From an uncultured bacterium (lineage in GTDB: Bacteria; Patescibacteriota; Minisyncoccia; Phycocordibacterales; UBA11359): 64,000 nucleotides of DNA. The stretch lies in contig CAIKZC010000001.1 in the NCBI GenBank assembly GCA_903831815.1, positions 85,037 to 149,036 on the forward strand. The letters are read 5' to 3'. Under the pieces are notes generated by a model that ran no database searches, was not told the DNA's origin, and saw only the letters and a program-made list of their open reading frames with translations. Shown here piece after piece: positions 9,341 to 18,270 of the stretch. The position numbers and the translations under genes were made by a program. The first letter of the stretch is position 1. Each line of letters begins with the position of its first letter.

Positions 9341-9676
9341 ATGAATAAAATCATCACTTGGGACAAGGTTCTCACACGGAACTTTGTCGGCGGATATGTT
9401 GAACTTGTGAATAAAGGGGTCCGATATTTCGGACCTATCAGCTCGATAATCGCTCATGAAGAAGAGATCAAGGTGTCGGTTTTGTGGCTAGCTCAAAGCG
9501 ACAAAACCATTTGGCGCAAGGTCGTCGACAGTCAGGTAATCACTTTTACGCGTGCCAATCAACCACAAGATATCGGAAGGAATCAAGTACATATCCCGAT
9601 TTCGGTCAAGGCTCAATACACCTTTCACCCAAAAGGCGGCGTACGTTTTGCCTCTTTAAGGGTCGAGGGAGTGTGA
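9341..9676 (+). CDS. Hypothetical small protein (111 aa), cassette 4
   Basis: Promoter TTGACG(9255-9260)-17-TACTAT. RBS AGAAAGG. Terminator at 9709-9741 is identical to the cassette 3 terminator. Confidence 0.5.
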   Translation: MNKIITWDKVLTRNFVGGYVELVNKGVRYFGPISSIIAHEEEIKVSVLWLAQSDKTIWRKVVDSQVITFTRANQPQDIGRNQVHIPISVKAQYTFHPKGGVRFASLRVEGV

Positions 9677-9871
9677 CTTGGATTCAACCCTCTCATGAAG
9701 CACAAGTTAGCCGCATGGTTCACCCAGCGGCTTCTTTTTTTGCCCAAAACCACACCACGAAATCACCGCTTGACAATATAAGTAGTATCTGATAGGATAT
9801 AGGAACAAAGAAGGGTTCGTGTCGAGACACATATTTGTATAATAGTTAAGTAAATAAAATCAAAAAACAAA

Positions 9872-10069
9872 ATGAAGGGAACAATCAAGAAGTTAACTCC
9901 AAAAGGTTTTGGTTTCATCTCCTCAGAAGGCATGGCGAAAGATCTTTTCTTTCACTCAAAGGGCCTTGTAGGCGTACAATTCGATGAATTGCGCGAAGGT
10001 GACGCTGTAACTTTTGATACCGAAGAGTCTCCAAAGGGACCTAACGCTGTCAACGTACAACGAGCATAA
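9872..10069 (+). CDS. cspA: Cold-shock protein, CspA family
   Basis: 65 aa. KGFGFI RNP1 motif. Promoter TTGACA(9770-9775)-17-TAGGAT with an 80-nt 5-prime UTR. Terminator AACTGCCGAGAGATCGGCAGTTTTTTT at 10081-10108. Confidence 0.9.
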   Translation: MKGTIKKLTPKGFGFISSEGMAKDLFFHSKGLVGVQFDELREGDAVTFDTEESPKGPNAVNVQRA

Positions 10070-10126
10070 TCAAACAAAAAAACTGCCGAGAGATCGGCAG
10101 TTTTTTTGTTGCTCATTTTTCCTTTT

Positions 10127-11215
10127 TTAATAAGTAACGTTGAAATAGATCGTACCTGTCTGACCCTTGGAATTGGAAACATAGATCGGATAAGATCCCG
10201 GAGTCACAAGCTGCTCATATGCTGCACAAGCATATCCGCCCGTCGTGATGTCGCAAGGACCAACGGAGGATGGAATGGTAAATCGTATCGAATCACCATT
10301 GGAAGATGAAACGTTACTCTTTCCCCCATTACCGAAATGCACCGTGTTGTCATATCGAGTAAATCCTGAACCGTATAGTGTCACCTGTCGACCAACATGT
10401 CCAGAACTTGGAGAAATGGAATTTAATTCCGGTTGATTTTGATAATAATATCCATTGTCGTAGCAATTATTATAATTGTTGTAATTATAGCTGCCACCCA
10501 ATACGGAGAAAGAAATTGGATTACTCGTGCCGCGAGATGTCATAACAGAAACGGAATATGACCCGGAATAATTATTATAATTATTCAGTTGCGGAACCGC
10601 AAAAGCCATCGCCTGGCCTTGATACGAAGGAATTCCATCTAGAGTAATTCCATCAAAAATGATGGTGTTGTTATAAAGATCAAAACCGGAACCATAGATC
10701 GTTATGGACTGACCCACATAACCGGAATTTGTCGAAAGCGAAGTTATAACCGGCGCTCCATAATAATTATTGTAGTTATTGTATCCATAATTATAGCCGC
10801 CGTTGTATCCGGCATTTCCACATGAAATATTTTGTATAGATTGACGAGTCGATACTCCAACTATTCCATCGGAAGGAAGACCATGAGCAATCTGATATTG
10901 CTTCACAGCCTGCACAGTCAAAGCTCCATAATATCCGCTCGGCGCAGCAATCGGCAAATAATTTTGCGAGATCATATAGGCTTGAAGCATCGAAACTTCT
11001 CCACCCGTGTTAGAGTCAAAGAGTCCTTTATAAAGATTGTTATTTAGATTAAGACAAGACACTGCATAATTCGCAACCGATGGAGTTATTGGCGGAATAA
11101 GATTGCTGTATGTAGGAATATAATTGCTATACTGAGCAAAAACAGAGATCGGTGATACGAGACATACTGAAAATGCTAGTGCCACAACAGTCGAAAACAT
11201 GAATATTTTTTTCAT
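10127..11215 (-). CDS. Secreted protein with a peptidoglycan-binding-like domain and two IPT/TIG-like repeats; Tyr/Asn-rich
   Basis: Signal peptide MKKIFMFSTVVALAFSVCLVSPISVFA. ...LPSDGIVGVSTRQSIQ... Repeats ...SGYVGQSITIYGSGF and ...SGHVGRQVTLYGSGF. Confidence 0.6.
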   Translation of the reverse strand: MKKIFMFSTVVALAFSVCLVSPISVFAQYSNYIPTYSNLIPPITPSVANYAVSCLNLNNNLYKGLFDSNTGGEVSMLQAYMISQNYLPIAAPSGYYGALTVQAVKQYQIAHGLPSDGIVGVSTRQSIQNISCGNAGYNGGYNYGYNNYNNYYGAPVITSLSTNSGYVGQSITIYGSGFDLYNNTIIFDGITLDGIPSYQGQAMAFAVPQLNNYNNYSGSYSVSVMTSRGTSNPISFSVLGGSYNYNNYNNCYDNGYYYQNQPELNSISPSSGHVGRQVTLYGSGFTRYDNTVHFGNGGKSNVSSSNGDSIRFTIPSSVGPCDITTGGYACAAYEQLVTPGSYPIYVSNSKGQTGTIYFNVTY

Positions 11216-11314
11216 AATAGTATTTTATTAGTTATCAACGTCACTATAACACCGAGGGAGCCACTTTTCAATAACATTGCCACAATAAACAAATAGTGCT
11301 ATAATTTCCCATTA

Positions 11315-11833
11315 ATGAATACCAGAGCCAGAATAAACCATCAGATCAGGGCCGCAGAGTTGCGTGTGATTGATTCTAATGGTGCAAATTTGGGTGTCAT
11401 CACTCTTACTGAAGCTTTGGGTAAAGCGCAGGAGCAAGGACTTGACCTTATCGAGATCTCCCCTAGCGCCGTACCTCCAATCGCCAAGATTATGGACTTT
11501 GGAAAGTATCAATACGAAGCGAACAAAAAACTTAAACAAGCTAAATCCAAGGCTAAAGTCGTTGAAATAAAGAATATTCAGGTTAAAATCGGTACAGGCG
11601 ATCACGATCTGACTCTCAAAGCTAAAAAGGCGTCGGAATGGCTAACAGAAGGAAATCGCATCAAAATAGACCTATTTCTCCCAGGACGCGCTAAATACCT
11701 CGATTTTAAGTTTCTTAAGGAAAGACTGGATAGACTACTTAAACTCATTACCATCGATTATACTGTTGCTGATAGCCCTAAAAAGAGCCTGAAAGGCATT
11801 ACCACAATCATCGAAAAGGCTAAAAAGCAGTAA
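11315..11833 (+). CDS. infC: Translation initiation factor IF-3
   Basis: 172 aa. IRAAELRVIDSNGANLGVIT...DLIEISP...PIAKIMDFGKYQY. Promoter TTGCCA(11277)-17-TATAAT(11300) lies only 9 nt from the ATG (near-leaderless). Confidence 0.85.
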   Translation: MNTRARINHQIRAAELRVIDSNGANLGVITLTEALGKAQEQGLDLIEISPSAVPPIAKIMDFGKYQYEANKKLKQAKSKAKVVEIKNIQVKIGTGDHDLTLKAKKASEWLTEGNRIKIDLFLPGRAKYLDFKFLKERLDRLLKLITIDYTVADSPKKSLKGITTIIEKAKKQ

Positions 11834-11886
11834 GACTGGACAAAAAATCAAAAACAAGTAGTATATAAGACTCAACGTTTAATATC

Positions 11887-12099
11887 ATGAAAACCAATAA
11901 ATCATACAGCAAGAGAATGAAAGTGACCCGAAACGGCAAGATCGTTTCTCGTGGAAAGGGACAAAATCACTTTAATTCAAAGGAAAGCCGACGCAGTCAG
12001 CTCAACAAGCGCCGAAGCGTGGCTATTGTTATGACGCAAAAATCAAGAAGTCGATACTTACCAGGATTCAAGGTCGCTAAAACCGCACCAGTAAAATAA
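11887..12099 (+). CDS. rpmI: 50S ribosomal protein L35
   Basis: 70 aa and basic. Sits between infC and rplT, the conserved operon position. Confidence 0.7.
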   Translation: MKTNKSYSKRMKVTRNGKIVSRGKGQNHFNSKESRRSQLNKRRSVAIVMTQKSRSRYLPGFKVAKTAPVK

Positions 12100-12105
12100 A
12101 CTAAC

Positions 12106-12450
12106 ATGGCACGAGTCAAAAAAGCTGTAAACGCATTAAAAGGACGACGAAATATCCTTAAACAAACCAAAGGATACCGTTTTGGTCGTAGCACCAAGAA
12201 AGCTCAAGCTATCGAAGCTCTTATGCACGCCGGAGCTTATGCTTTTGCTCACCGACGAGACAAGAAAGCCGACATGCGCGGTTTGTGGAATGTTAAAATT
12301 GGAACCGCCGCAAAAGCTAACGGTACTTCCTTCTCAGTTTTCATGGGTGCTCTCAAGAAAAATAAAATTGAATTAGATCGAAAGGTTCTCGCTGACATTG
12401 CGGAGAACAATCCGGAAACAATGAAGAGGATCCTCGCTGAAGTTAAATAA
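12106..12450 (+). CDS. rplT: 50S ribosomal protein L20
   Basis: MARVKKAVNALKGRRNILKQTKGYRFGRS...; terminator hairpin at 12466-12503. Confidence 0.9.
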   Translation: MARVKKAVNALKGRRNILKQTKGYRFGRSTKKAQAIEALMHAGAYAFAHRRDKKADMRGLWNVKIGTAAKANGTSFSVFMGALKKNKIELDRKVLADIAENNPETMKRILAEVK

Positions 12451-12623
12451 TTTAAATACATAAATAGAAGAGGCCCACGAACTACCGTTCGCGGGCCTTT
12501 TTGAACATCACTTCAACCTACTCGCCGGCTCAGTTGTTGGCATCGTCGTTGGGCGCGCATCCGAGAAATAAACATTCATAATCAGCGACGCGACGGCGAT
12601 CACTCCAATGTAAGTCAGCGGAA

Positions 12624-12857
12624 CTATCCACAAAGGTCTTCTCGCCATACAAACATTCCTTTCAAAAAGGGCCGGCTCGGTGGCAATGACTTAGTCACCT
12701 TCTCCACGTGCACGCGTCTTGCCGGCGCTGTTGTCGGCCGAGTTGTTGATTCGTCAACCGGTCGAACAAGCCTAATATCTGCGCTGATGGCCACCCACAG
12801 AATTATTATTATACTTACGCCGAGTAGCCAGACCCATATTCTGTTCTCTTTATTCAT
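12624..12857 (-). CDS. Hypothetical small membrane protein (start at ATG 12857 preferred)
   Basis: GGGAGG RBS 5 nt upstream of ATG. One TM helix (WVWLLGVSIIIILWV). Sits in a GC-rich patch. Confidence 0.35.
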   Translation of the reverse strand: MNKENRIWVWLLGVSIIIILWVAISADIRLVRPVDESTTRPTTAPARRVHVEKVTKSLPPSRPFLKGMFVWREDLCG

Positions 12858-12966
12858 GATCACCTCCCAATGTTCATTCTGCTTTATCCGGCAGTTACGG
12901 TTTTAGCACAAGCTAATCTGGGCAATATTATACACTTTATTGGTATTTATGTCAATGTATTTAAAA

Positions 12967-13079
12967 AGCAAGTAAAAAGAGCAGTTTTGAGGGACTAACG
13001 GAGGCCGACGGGCCGAGTTGGAAGGAAATTTCCAGCAGGAAATTTACCTGTGCCCTCAAAACTGCTCTTTTTACTTGCT
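12967..13079. repeat. Element C copy 1: 27-bp perfect-stem hairpin with a 59-nt loop containing GGAAATTTCC motifs; terminator for the MBL gene
   Basis: AGCAAGTAAAAAGAGCAGTTTTGAGGG...CCCTCAAAACTGCTCTTTTTACTTGCT. The 37-nt loop core gagggcacaggtaaatttcctgctggaaatttccttc is shared, inverted, with 58148-58253. Confidence 0.55.
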
Positions 13080-13086
13080 TCTTTTC

Positions 13087-14451
13087 TTACATATCCAAAA
13101 CTACTGTCTCCCCAACTTTCGGATACACCGCATTTACTCCCAAATAATCTCGCAATCTTTGTGTTAAGAATAATGAAGATTTTGGTTCGCCCATCGCCAC
13201 CCAAACGCATTTCAAAGTTTTGGCCGTATTGCCGACAAACTCAATCAAATGATCAGAATCTTTGTGGGAAGAATATCCTAAAATAGTTTCAATTTTAGCT
13301 TTGACCGAAATATCTTTTCCTTCAATTTGCACCGACTTGGCGCCGTCTTGCAATTCTCGCCCGAGACTTCCGGCGACTTGATAACCAACGATCAAAATCG
13401 TGCTTTGTGGATCATTCAAAAATTCCCGTTCATGGTGAATAACTCGCCCACCAGTCGACATGCCGGAACCCGCAATAATGATCTTTGATCCCGCGTGGCG
13501 CACGATACCTCTCGATTCTTCCGTGGTACGAACAAATTTGAGTCCCGGAAATTCAAAAATGTTATCGCCTTCAGATTGCTCTTGCTGAACTGCTTTATTG
13601 AAACTGGCCGAAAAAGATTTATAGACACTCGTTACTTTTATTGCCAAAGGCGAATCCAGGAAAACCGGAATCGATTGGATTTCTTTGTTCTCGATTAAAT
13701 TATTTAATTCATACAAAATAACTTGCGTGCGCTCGAGGGAAAATGCCGGTATGACAATCGTGCCACCGCGTTTGATAGTGTCGTTTATCACTCGTTTCAG
13801 TTTTTCGCGTCGTTCAGATTTTGGTTCATGATTGCGATCACCATAAACGCTTTCCATGACCATATAATCGGCATCGGTAATTGTTTCGGTATCGGGTAAA
13901 AGCGGTGTCGGTGAATTGCCGAGATCGCCGGTAAACACGATTTTCTTGCCGTTTTTTACAAACTCAAACATGGTTGAACCTAGAATGTGACCCGCATCGC
14001 GTAAAGTCACCACAAAATCTCCGATAGTCGTCGGCTCATGATATGGAATTTCTTTCCAAAGTTCCAGCGCTTTATCAATATCCTCATTGTTAAAAATCGG
14101 TTCAACTTTTTGACTCCCCGCTTCGCGACGAATCTGCACCAAAATATCCGAAAGCATGACCGCGGCTAAATGTTTGGTGGCCGGCGTGCTATAAATCGTG
14201 CCGCGAAATCCGGCTCGCACCAATTTTGGAATACGCCCAATGTGATCGGCGTGCGCATGTGTGACAAAAAGATTTTTTATTGACGAAGCATCGTACGGAA
14301 AATCATCTTTATTTATTTCTTCCGCAAATTGACTGCCTTGGACCAAACCACAATCGATCAGATTTTTCCCGGCTTCGGATTCCAATAAAAAGTTGGCACC
14401 GGTCGCCGTGCCGACACCGCTTTCAAAAGTCAGAGTTGTTTTTGTTGTCAT
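13087..14451 (-). CDS. MBL-fold metallo-hydrolase, beta-CASP RNA-metabolising family (RNase J/CPSF-like)
   Basis: 454 aa. VTHAHADHIG motif plus downstream beta-CASP-like region. Confidence 0.75.
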   Translation of the reverse strand: MTTKTTLTFESGVGTATGANFLLESEAGKNLIDCGLVQGSQFAEEINKDDFPYDASSIKNLFVTHAHADHIGRIPKLVRAGFRGTIYSTPATKHLAAVMLSDILVQIRREAGSQKVEPIFNNEDIDKALELWKEIPYHEPTTIGDFVVTLRDAGHILGSTMFEFVKNGKKIVFTGDLGNSPTPLLPDTETITDADYMVMESVYGDRNHEPKSERREKLKRVINDTIKRGGTIVIPAFSLERTQVILYELNNLIENKEIQSIPVFLDSPLAIKVTSVYKSFSASFNKAVQQEQSEGDNIFEFPGLKFVRTTEESRGIVRHAGSKIIIAGSGMSTGGRVIHHEREFLNDPQSTILIVGYQVAGSLGRELQDGAKSVQIEGKDISVKAKIETILGYSSHKDSDHLIEFVGNTAKTLKCVWVAMGEPKSSLFLTQRLRDYLGVNAVYPKVGETVVLDM

Positions 14452-14741
14452 TAAATAAGTATATCAGAGAAATAAAAAACACCTGCTTGAGGCAGACGTT
14501 CTTAATCGGATTACTTGTCAGATATCATTCCTAGTAAAAACTAGGTGGGTATCCTCAGCGGCAATTTGTCAGAAAAGTGATACCCGAAAGCATCGTTCTC
14601 ATCGAAATTACACTTGAGCAATATCGGATTCCCAGAAAATATTATTACTCTAAGATGATATCCCAAGTAATCCTGAACTAATTATACTCCACTCATTTAA
14701 AAGGGGTATATTTCCAGCCACTTTTTTCTGTGGTGCAATGA

Positions 14742-15338
14742 TTAACAGCCAAACTCTATATCATAAGTGATCTGTTCGGAGATAAGTTTATGATCAATTA
14801 TTTCTTTTTTGGTAAACCAATGTTTGATCTCGTCTTCCGCCTCTTTGACTGAACCCGATGCATGTACCAAGTTGCGGATTGCCCGTCCATCACTATCACT
14901 CATTTGATATGAATCCAAAACATAGTCACCTCTGATCGTCCCGACATCTGAAGTCAGAGGTTCGGTGCCACCGGTTAATTTTCGCACGATCTTTACCGCA
15001 TGCGCGCCTTGCCAAATCATAGCGATGACAGGACCGGCCGTCATATATTCTTTTAATTTTTCCAATAGAATTCGCGTAATTTCCAAAGGATCGGTAGATG
15101 GCGGTTTCAAACCTTTGTCCATGTATCCTTTAATTGTTTTCTCACCCGTTACCCTGCGCCACTGCGGATCCAAAGTGTAATGCTGTTCGATCATTTCGGC
15201 CGTCGGCACGAACATTTTCATTGTCACAAGTTTCAAACCGATTCTTTCATATCGCCCGATTATTTCTCCGATCAAAGTTCGCTGAATTGCATCCGGTTTA
15301 ATGATAACTAGAGTACGTTCGTCCTTGTAGTGTGCCAT
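14742..15338 (-). CDS. ndk: Nucleoside diphosphate kinase with a C-terminal extension
   Basis: ERTLVIIKPDAIQR...NLVHASGS (active-site His region). Confidence 0.8.
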   Translation of the reverse strand: MAHYKDERTLVIIKPDAIQRTLIGEIIGRYERIGLKLVTMKMFVPTAEMIEQHYTLDPQWRRVTGEKTIKGYMDKGLKPPSTDPLEITRILLEKLKEYMTAGPVIAMIWQGAHAVKIVRKLTGGTEPLTSDVGTIRGDYVLDSYQMSDSDGRAIRNLVHASGSVKEAEDEIKHWFTKKEIIDHKLISEQITYDIEFGC

Positions 15339-15420
15339 TTTAGTTTCTTTAATAATAATTAAGTGATTATAACATAAGAAAAAAGTCGCGACACGAGACT
15401 GCTTTTTAAATTATTTGTTT

Positions 15421-16188
15421 CTAACTTTTCGTCAAAATTTCCGGCGCACCGTCAGTGATCAAAATAGTGTGCTCGAAATGCGCGCTACGTGAGTTGTCTT
15501 TGGTTAAAATCGTCCAATCGTCGGCGCCGTGACGAATTTCCGAGCCACCTTCGTTGAACATCGGCTCAATAGCGATCACCATGCCCGGTTTCAAAATCGG
15601 ACCTTGCCCAGGCATTCCAAAGTTTGGCACAAAAGGATCTTCATGAACCTCATATCCAACGCCATGGCCGGCCAACTCATCTGCTACAGAATAACCGTTG
15701 CGATTCGCCACCGCTTCGACAGCGACACCAATATCGCCGATAAAAGCACCCACGTGCGCCGCCGTGATCCCCGCAAAAAGCGCTTCCTCCGTGACCGCCA
15801 AAATCTTCTTTGCTTTCGCATCTACCTTCCCCACCGGCACCGTGATGGCCGAATCAACAATCATTCCCTCATGAATCAAACCCATATCAAGCCCAACAAT
15901 GTCGCCTTCCGCCAATTCACGATTTTCACTTGGAATACCGTGCACGATTTCATTATTAATTGAAACACAAAGACTGGCCGGAAAAGCGCGCTTAGCGCCT
16001 TTGGGTTTGTAATTTAAAAACGCCGGCTTATCACCAAAATCCAAGGTCATTTTTTTTGCCAGCGCATCGAGGTCAGATGTTTTGACGCCAACTTTTGTCG
16101 CGTCTCGAAGCGCAGCCAAAACCAGAGCAAGGTGTTTGCCTCCCTCTCGCAACTTCTGTATATCCTCCGGTTTTTTTATCGTTATCAT
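15421..16188 (-). CDS. map: Methionine aminopeptidase type I (start at MITIKK preferred)
   Basis: Pita-bread fold motifs; metal ligands D...D...H...E...E. Confidence 0.85.
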   Translation of the reverse strand: MITIKKPEDIQKLREGGKHLALVLAALRDATKVGVKTSDLDALAKKMTLDFGDKPAFLNYKPKGAKRAFPASLCVSINNEIVHGIPSENRELAEGDIVGLDMGLIHEGMIVDSAITVPVGKVDAKAKKILAVTEEALFAGITAAHVGAFIGDIGVAVEAVANRNGYSVADELAGHGVGYEVHEDPFVPNFGMPGQGPILKPGMVIAIEPMFNEGGSEIRHGADDWTILTKDNSRSAHFEHTILITDGAPEILTKS

Positions 16189-16189
16189 A

Positions 16190-16777
16190 TTACGCAATCG
16201 CCGCCAAAATATCAGTTGCAACCTTTTCTATCGTTTGCTCGCCGTTTATGTCGATCACTTTGTAATAATTATTTTGTCGGAAATAATCGATTGTCGGCAT
16301 AACATTGGTGTCATACCATTCGAGACGCGAATCGATATCTTCTTTTTTGTCATCACCACGTCCGCGCGCCAACAAACGATTCTTTGACCATTCCTTAGAA
16401 ACATTTATGACAATCACAATTGGATTTTGTCGGTTATAAAACTTGAGAGCATCGTGCAAAATCGGCGCTTCATAAGCTCGTCGTGATAGACCATCCAGTA
16501 TCAAATGCTCTTTCCCACTCAAATTCCTAATGAACATATTTGTCCAGATCCAGATCGGCAAAAATGACGGCAACAAACCGCCTTCAGACATGGTTTTGGC
16601 CGTAAGATCTTGGGTCAAACCAACTTCTTTGGTGAACTCGCGTAATTTCGCGCCGGTTTCAATGTAAACAACACGATCGCCAGCGTGCAAATTTTCCAAA
16701 TGTTTTATCAGCAACTGCGCCTGCGTTCCCTTGCCACAACCGGACCGACCAAACAACATAAATGTTTTAGGATTCAT
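16190..16777 (-). CDS. adk: Adenylate kinase (start at MNPKTFML preferred)
   Basis: P-loop GRSGCGKGTQ. Conserved secY-adk-map neighbourhood. Confidence 0.85.
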   Translation of the reverse strand: MNPKTFMLFGRSGCGKGTQAQLLIKHLENLHAGDRVVYIETGAKLREFTKEVGLTQDLTAKTMSEGGLLPSFLPIWIWTNMFIRNLSGKEHLILDGLSRRAYEAPILHDALKFYNRQNPIVIVINVSKEWSKNRLLARGRGDDKKEDIDSRLEWYDTNVMPTIDYFRQNNYYKVIDINGEQTIEKVATDILAAIA

Positions 16778-16794
16778 AGGCGTATCGTAGCACA

Positions 16795-17208
16795 TTAAGA
16801 CTCAAAATCAATCTCAAATGGATACATACCCATGCCGCAAGAGCCTTGCAATTTACCGATATTTTGACTGCCAACTTCAACATCGGTCGTGCCTGTTTGC
16901 GGCAAAATTTTACTGATATTTAAACTTGGAATACGAATTGAAGACGAGCAATCAAAAGTTCCGCTCGTTTTGAAACGCAAGATTGTCGGAAGACCGGCTT
17001 TAGCCGTACTTCTTCTTGGTGAATATCCGCCTCGAGCATCAATTTCAATAATTTGTTTACCATCGACAACGGAAACATTTTGCCCAGCAGTGCCCGAGTC
17101 AACATTGCCAATTCCGATTCCGCCTGCCTGCGAATTATTGTTGGCAATCATAAGAGCGCCAAAAATAATTCCCCCAGCTACTATAATTGAAGCAACGATC
17201 ATTTTCAT
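16795..17208 (-). CDS. Membrane-anchored cupredoxin-like domain protein, copper-island accessory
   Basis: N-terminal TM helix. C-terminal beta-rich domain with CGMGM motif, similar in pattern to the fragment at 2-328. Confidence 0.45.
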   Translation of the reverse strand: MKMIVASIIVAGGIIFGALMIANNNSQAGGIGIGNVDSGTAGQNVSVVDGKQIIEIDARGGYSPRRSTAKAGLPTILRFKTSGTFDCSSSIRIPSLNISKILPQTGTTDVEVGSQNIGKLQGSCGMGMYPFEIDFES

Positions 17209-17231
17209 AAAGTATTTTGAATTATTTTTGA

Positions 17232-18269
17232 TTAAAAATTAAAAACCGGCGCGATGAGACCGATCACCACCAAAGAATTGATAAGGTTAAATATGGCGAA
17301 GGCGATCACGATAAGTCCGGCCGATTTGAAAAATATTCCGGCCTTGGAACTTTTCTGAATGCTGAATGAACTGAAGCTAATCAAGGCCAACACCGGCAAA
17401 GTGCCGAGAGCAAAAGAGAGCATAGTGAGCCCACCGGTAACGAAACTTCCGGTTGATAAAGTGAATATTTGCATTGATTGAGTAAATCCGCACGGTAAAA
17501 AGAACGTCGCAACACCGACAAGGAGCGGAGTGAAAGTATGATTAAATTTTGAAACACCGATAGCATGTTTCGAAAGGAATTTTGGCATACCAGGCTGCAA
17601 TTTTTTGACCCAAGGAAAAACGTCTAGTAAATTTATACCGAGAATGAGCATTACAATTCCGATAATGAGACCGATAATAAAAGTTCCGGAAGTATTGAGA
17701 GTAAAAGCTGAACCTAAAATACCGATAAGTCCACCGAGAACAAAGAATGAAACAATGCGTCCGGCGTGGAACATGACTTGCGGTTTCACTTTACTTCCCT
17801 CCCTGGCAAATGTAGCTGACATGGACAAGAGCAGACCGCCGACAACAGCCATACAAGTTGAAAGTGAGGCGATAATTCCGATAACAAAAGCCGTGCTGTA
17901 AGTGACTTTTCCGGCACCAACTAAATTTATGAGACCAATCTTTTGCAGAATTATAAAGAGAACAATGAAACCAATTGCAATCGGCAAAGCAAATTTAAAA
18001 TCTGACCATTTTTCGGACCAATTTTTTGTTTGCGTTTGTTTTTCGACTGACAAACTATACCCGTGTTTGATGAGGACTTGTGATAAGTCTGTGGCGATTT
18101 GATTGGGCGTTCTTGTCCCAAAATCGCCGGTCACCTCAACGCTCTGATTCTTGAGACTTGAAACCGCATTCACAACTCCTGAAACTTCCTTGAGTTCGCT
18201 TTCCGTCATCAGCTCACACGATTTGCAATGCATTCCATTTACGTGAAATTTGTATGTTTGATTTGTCAT
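17232..18269 (-). CDS. HMA-domain fused to a multi-TM DsbD/CcdA-like (or TauE-like) membrane protein
   Basis: N-terminal GMHCKSCE heavy-metal-associated motif, then 8 or more TM helices with an FLPCGF motif. Confidence 0.55.
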   Translation of the reverse strand: MTNQTYKFHVNGMHCKSCELMTESELKEVSGVVNAVSSLKNQSVEVTGDFGTRTPNQIATDLSQVLIKHGYSLSVEKQTQTKNWSEKWSDFKFALPIAIGFIVLFIILQKIGLINLVGAGKVTYSTAFVIGIIASLSTCMAVVGGLLLSMSATFAREGSKVKPQVMFHAGRIVSFFVLGGLIGILGSAFTLNTSGTFIIGLIIGIVMLILGINLLDVFPWVKKLQPGMPKFLSKHAIGVSKFNHTFTPLLVGVATFFLPCGFTQSMQIFTLSTGSFVTGGLTMLSFALGTLPVLALISFSSFSIQKSSKAGIFFKSAGLIVIAFAIFNLINSLVVIGLIAPVFNF

Positions 18270-18270
18270 T

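Noticed and set aside
7900-9745. Regularly spaced repeated hairpins considered as a possible CRISPR array.
   Set aside because: Repeats are terminator/promoter modules about 500-600 bp apart, flanking ORFs with RBSs. Two different repeat types are present and the spacing is not uniform, so this is not CRISPR.
14452-14741. 290-nt gap upstream of the MBL gene examined for a riboswitch or tRNA.
   Set aside because: Only a short GGGTATC...GATACCC stem was seen. No recognisable conserved motif. Left unannotated.
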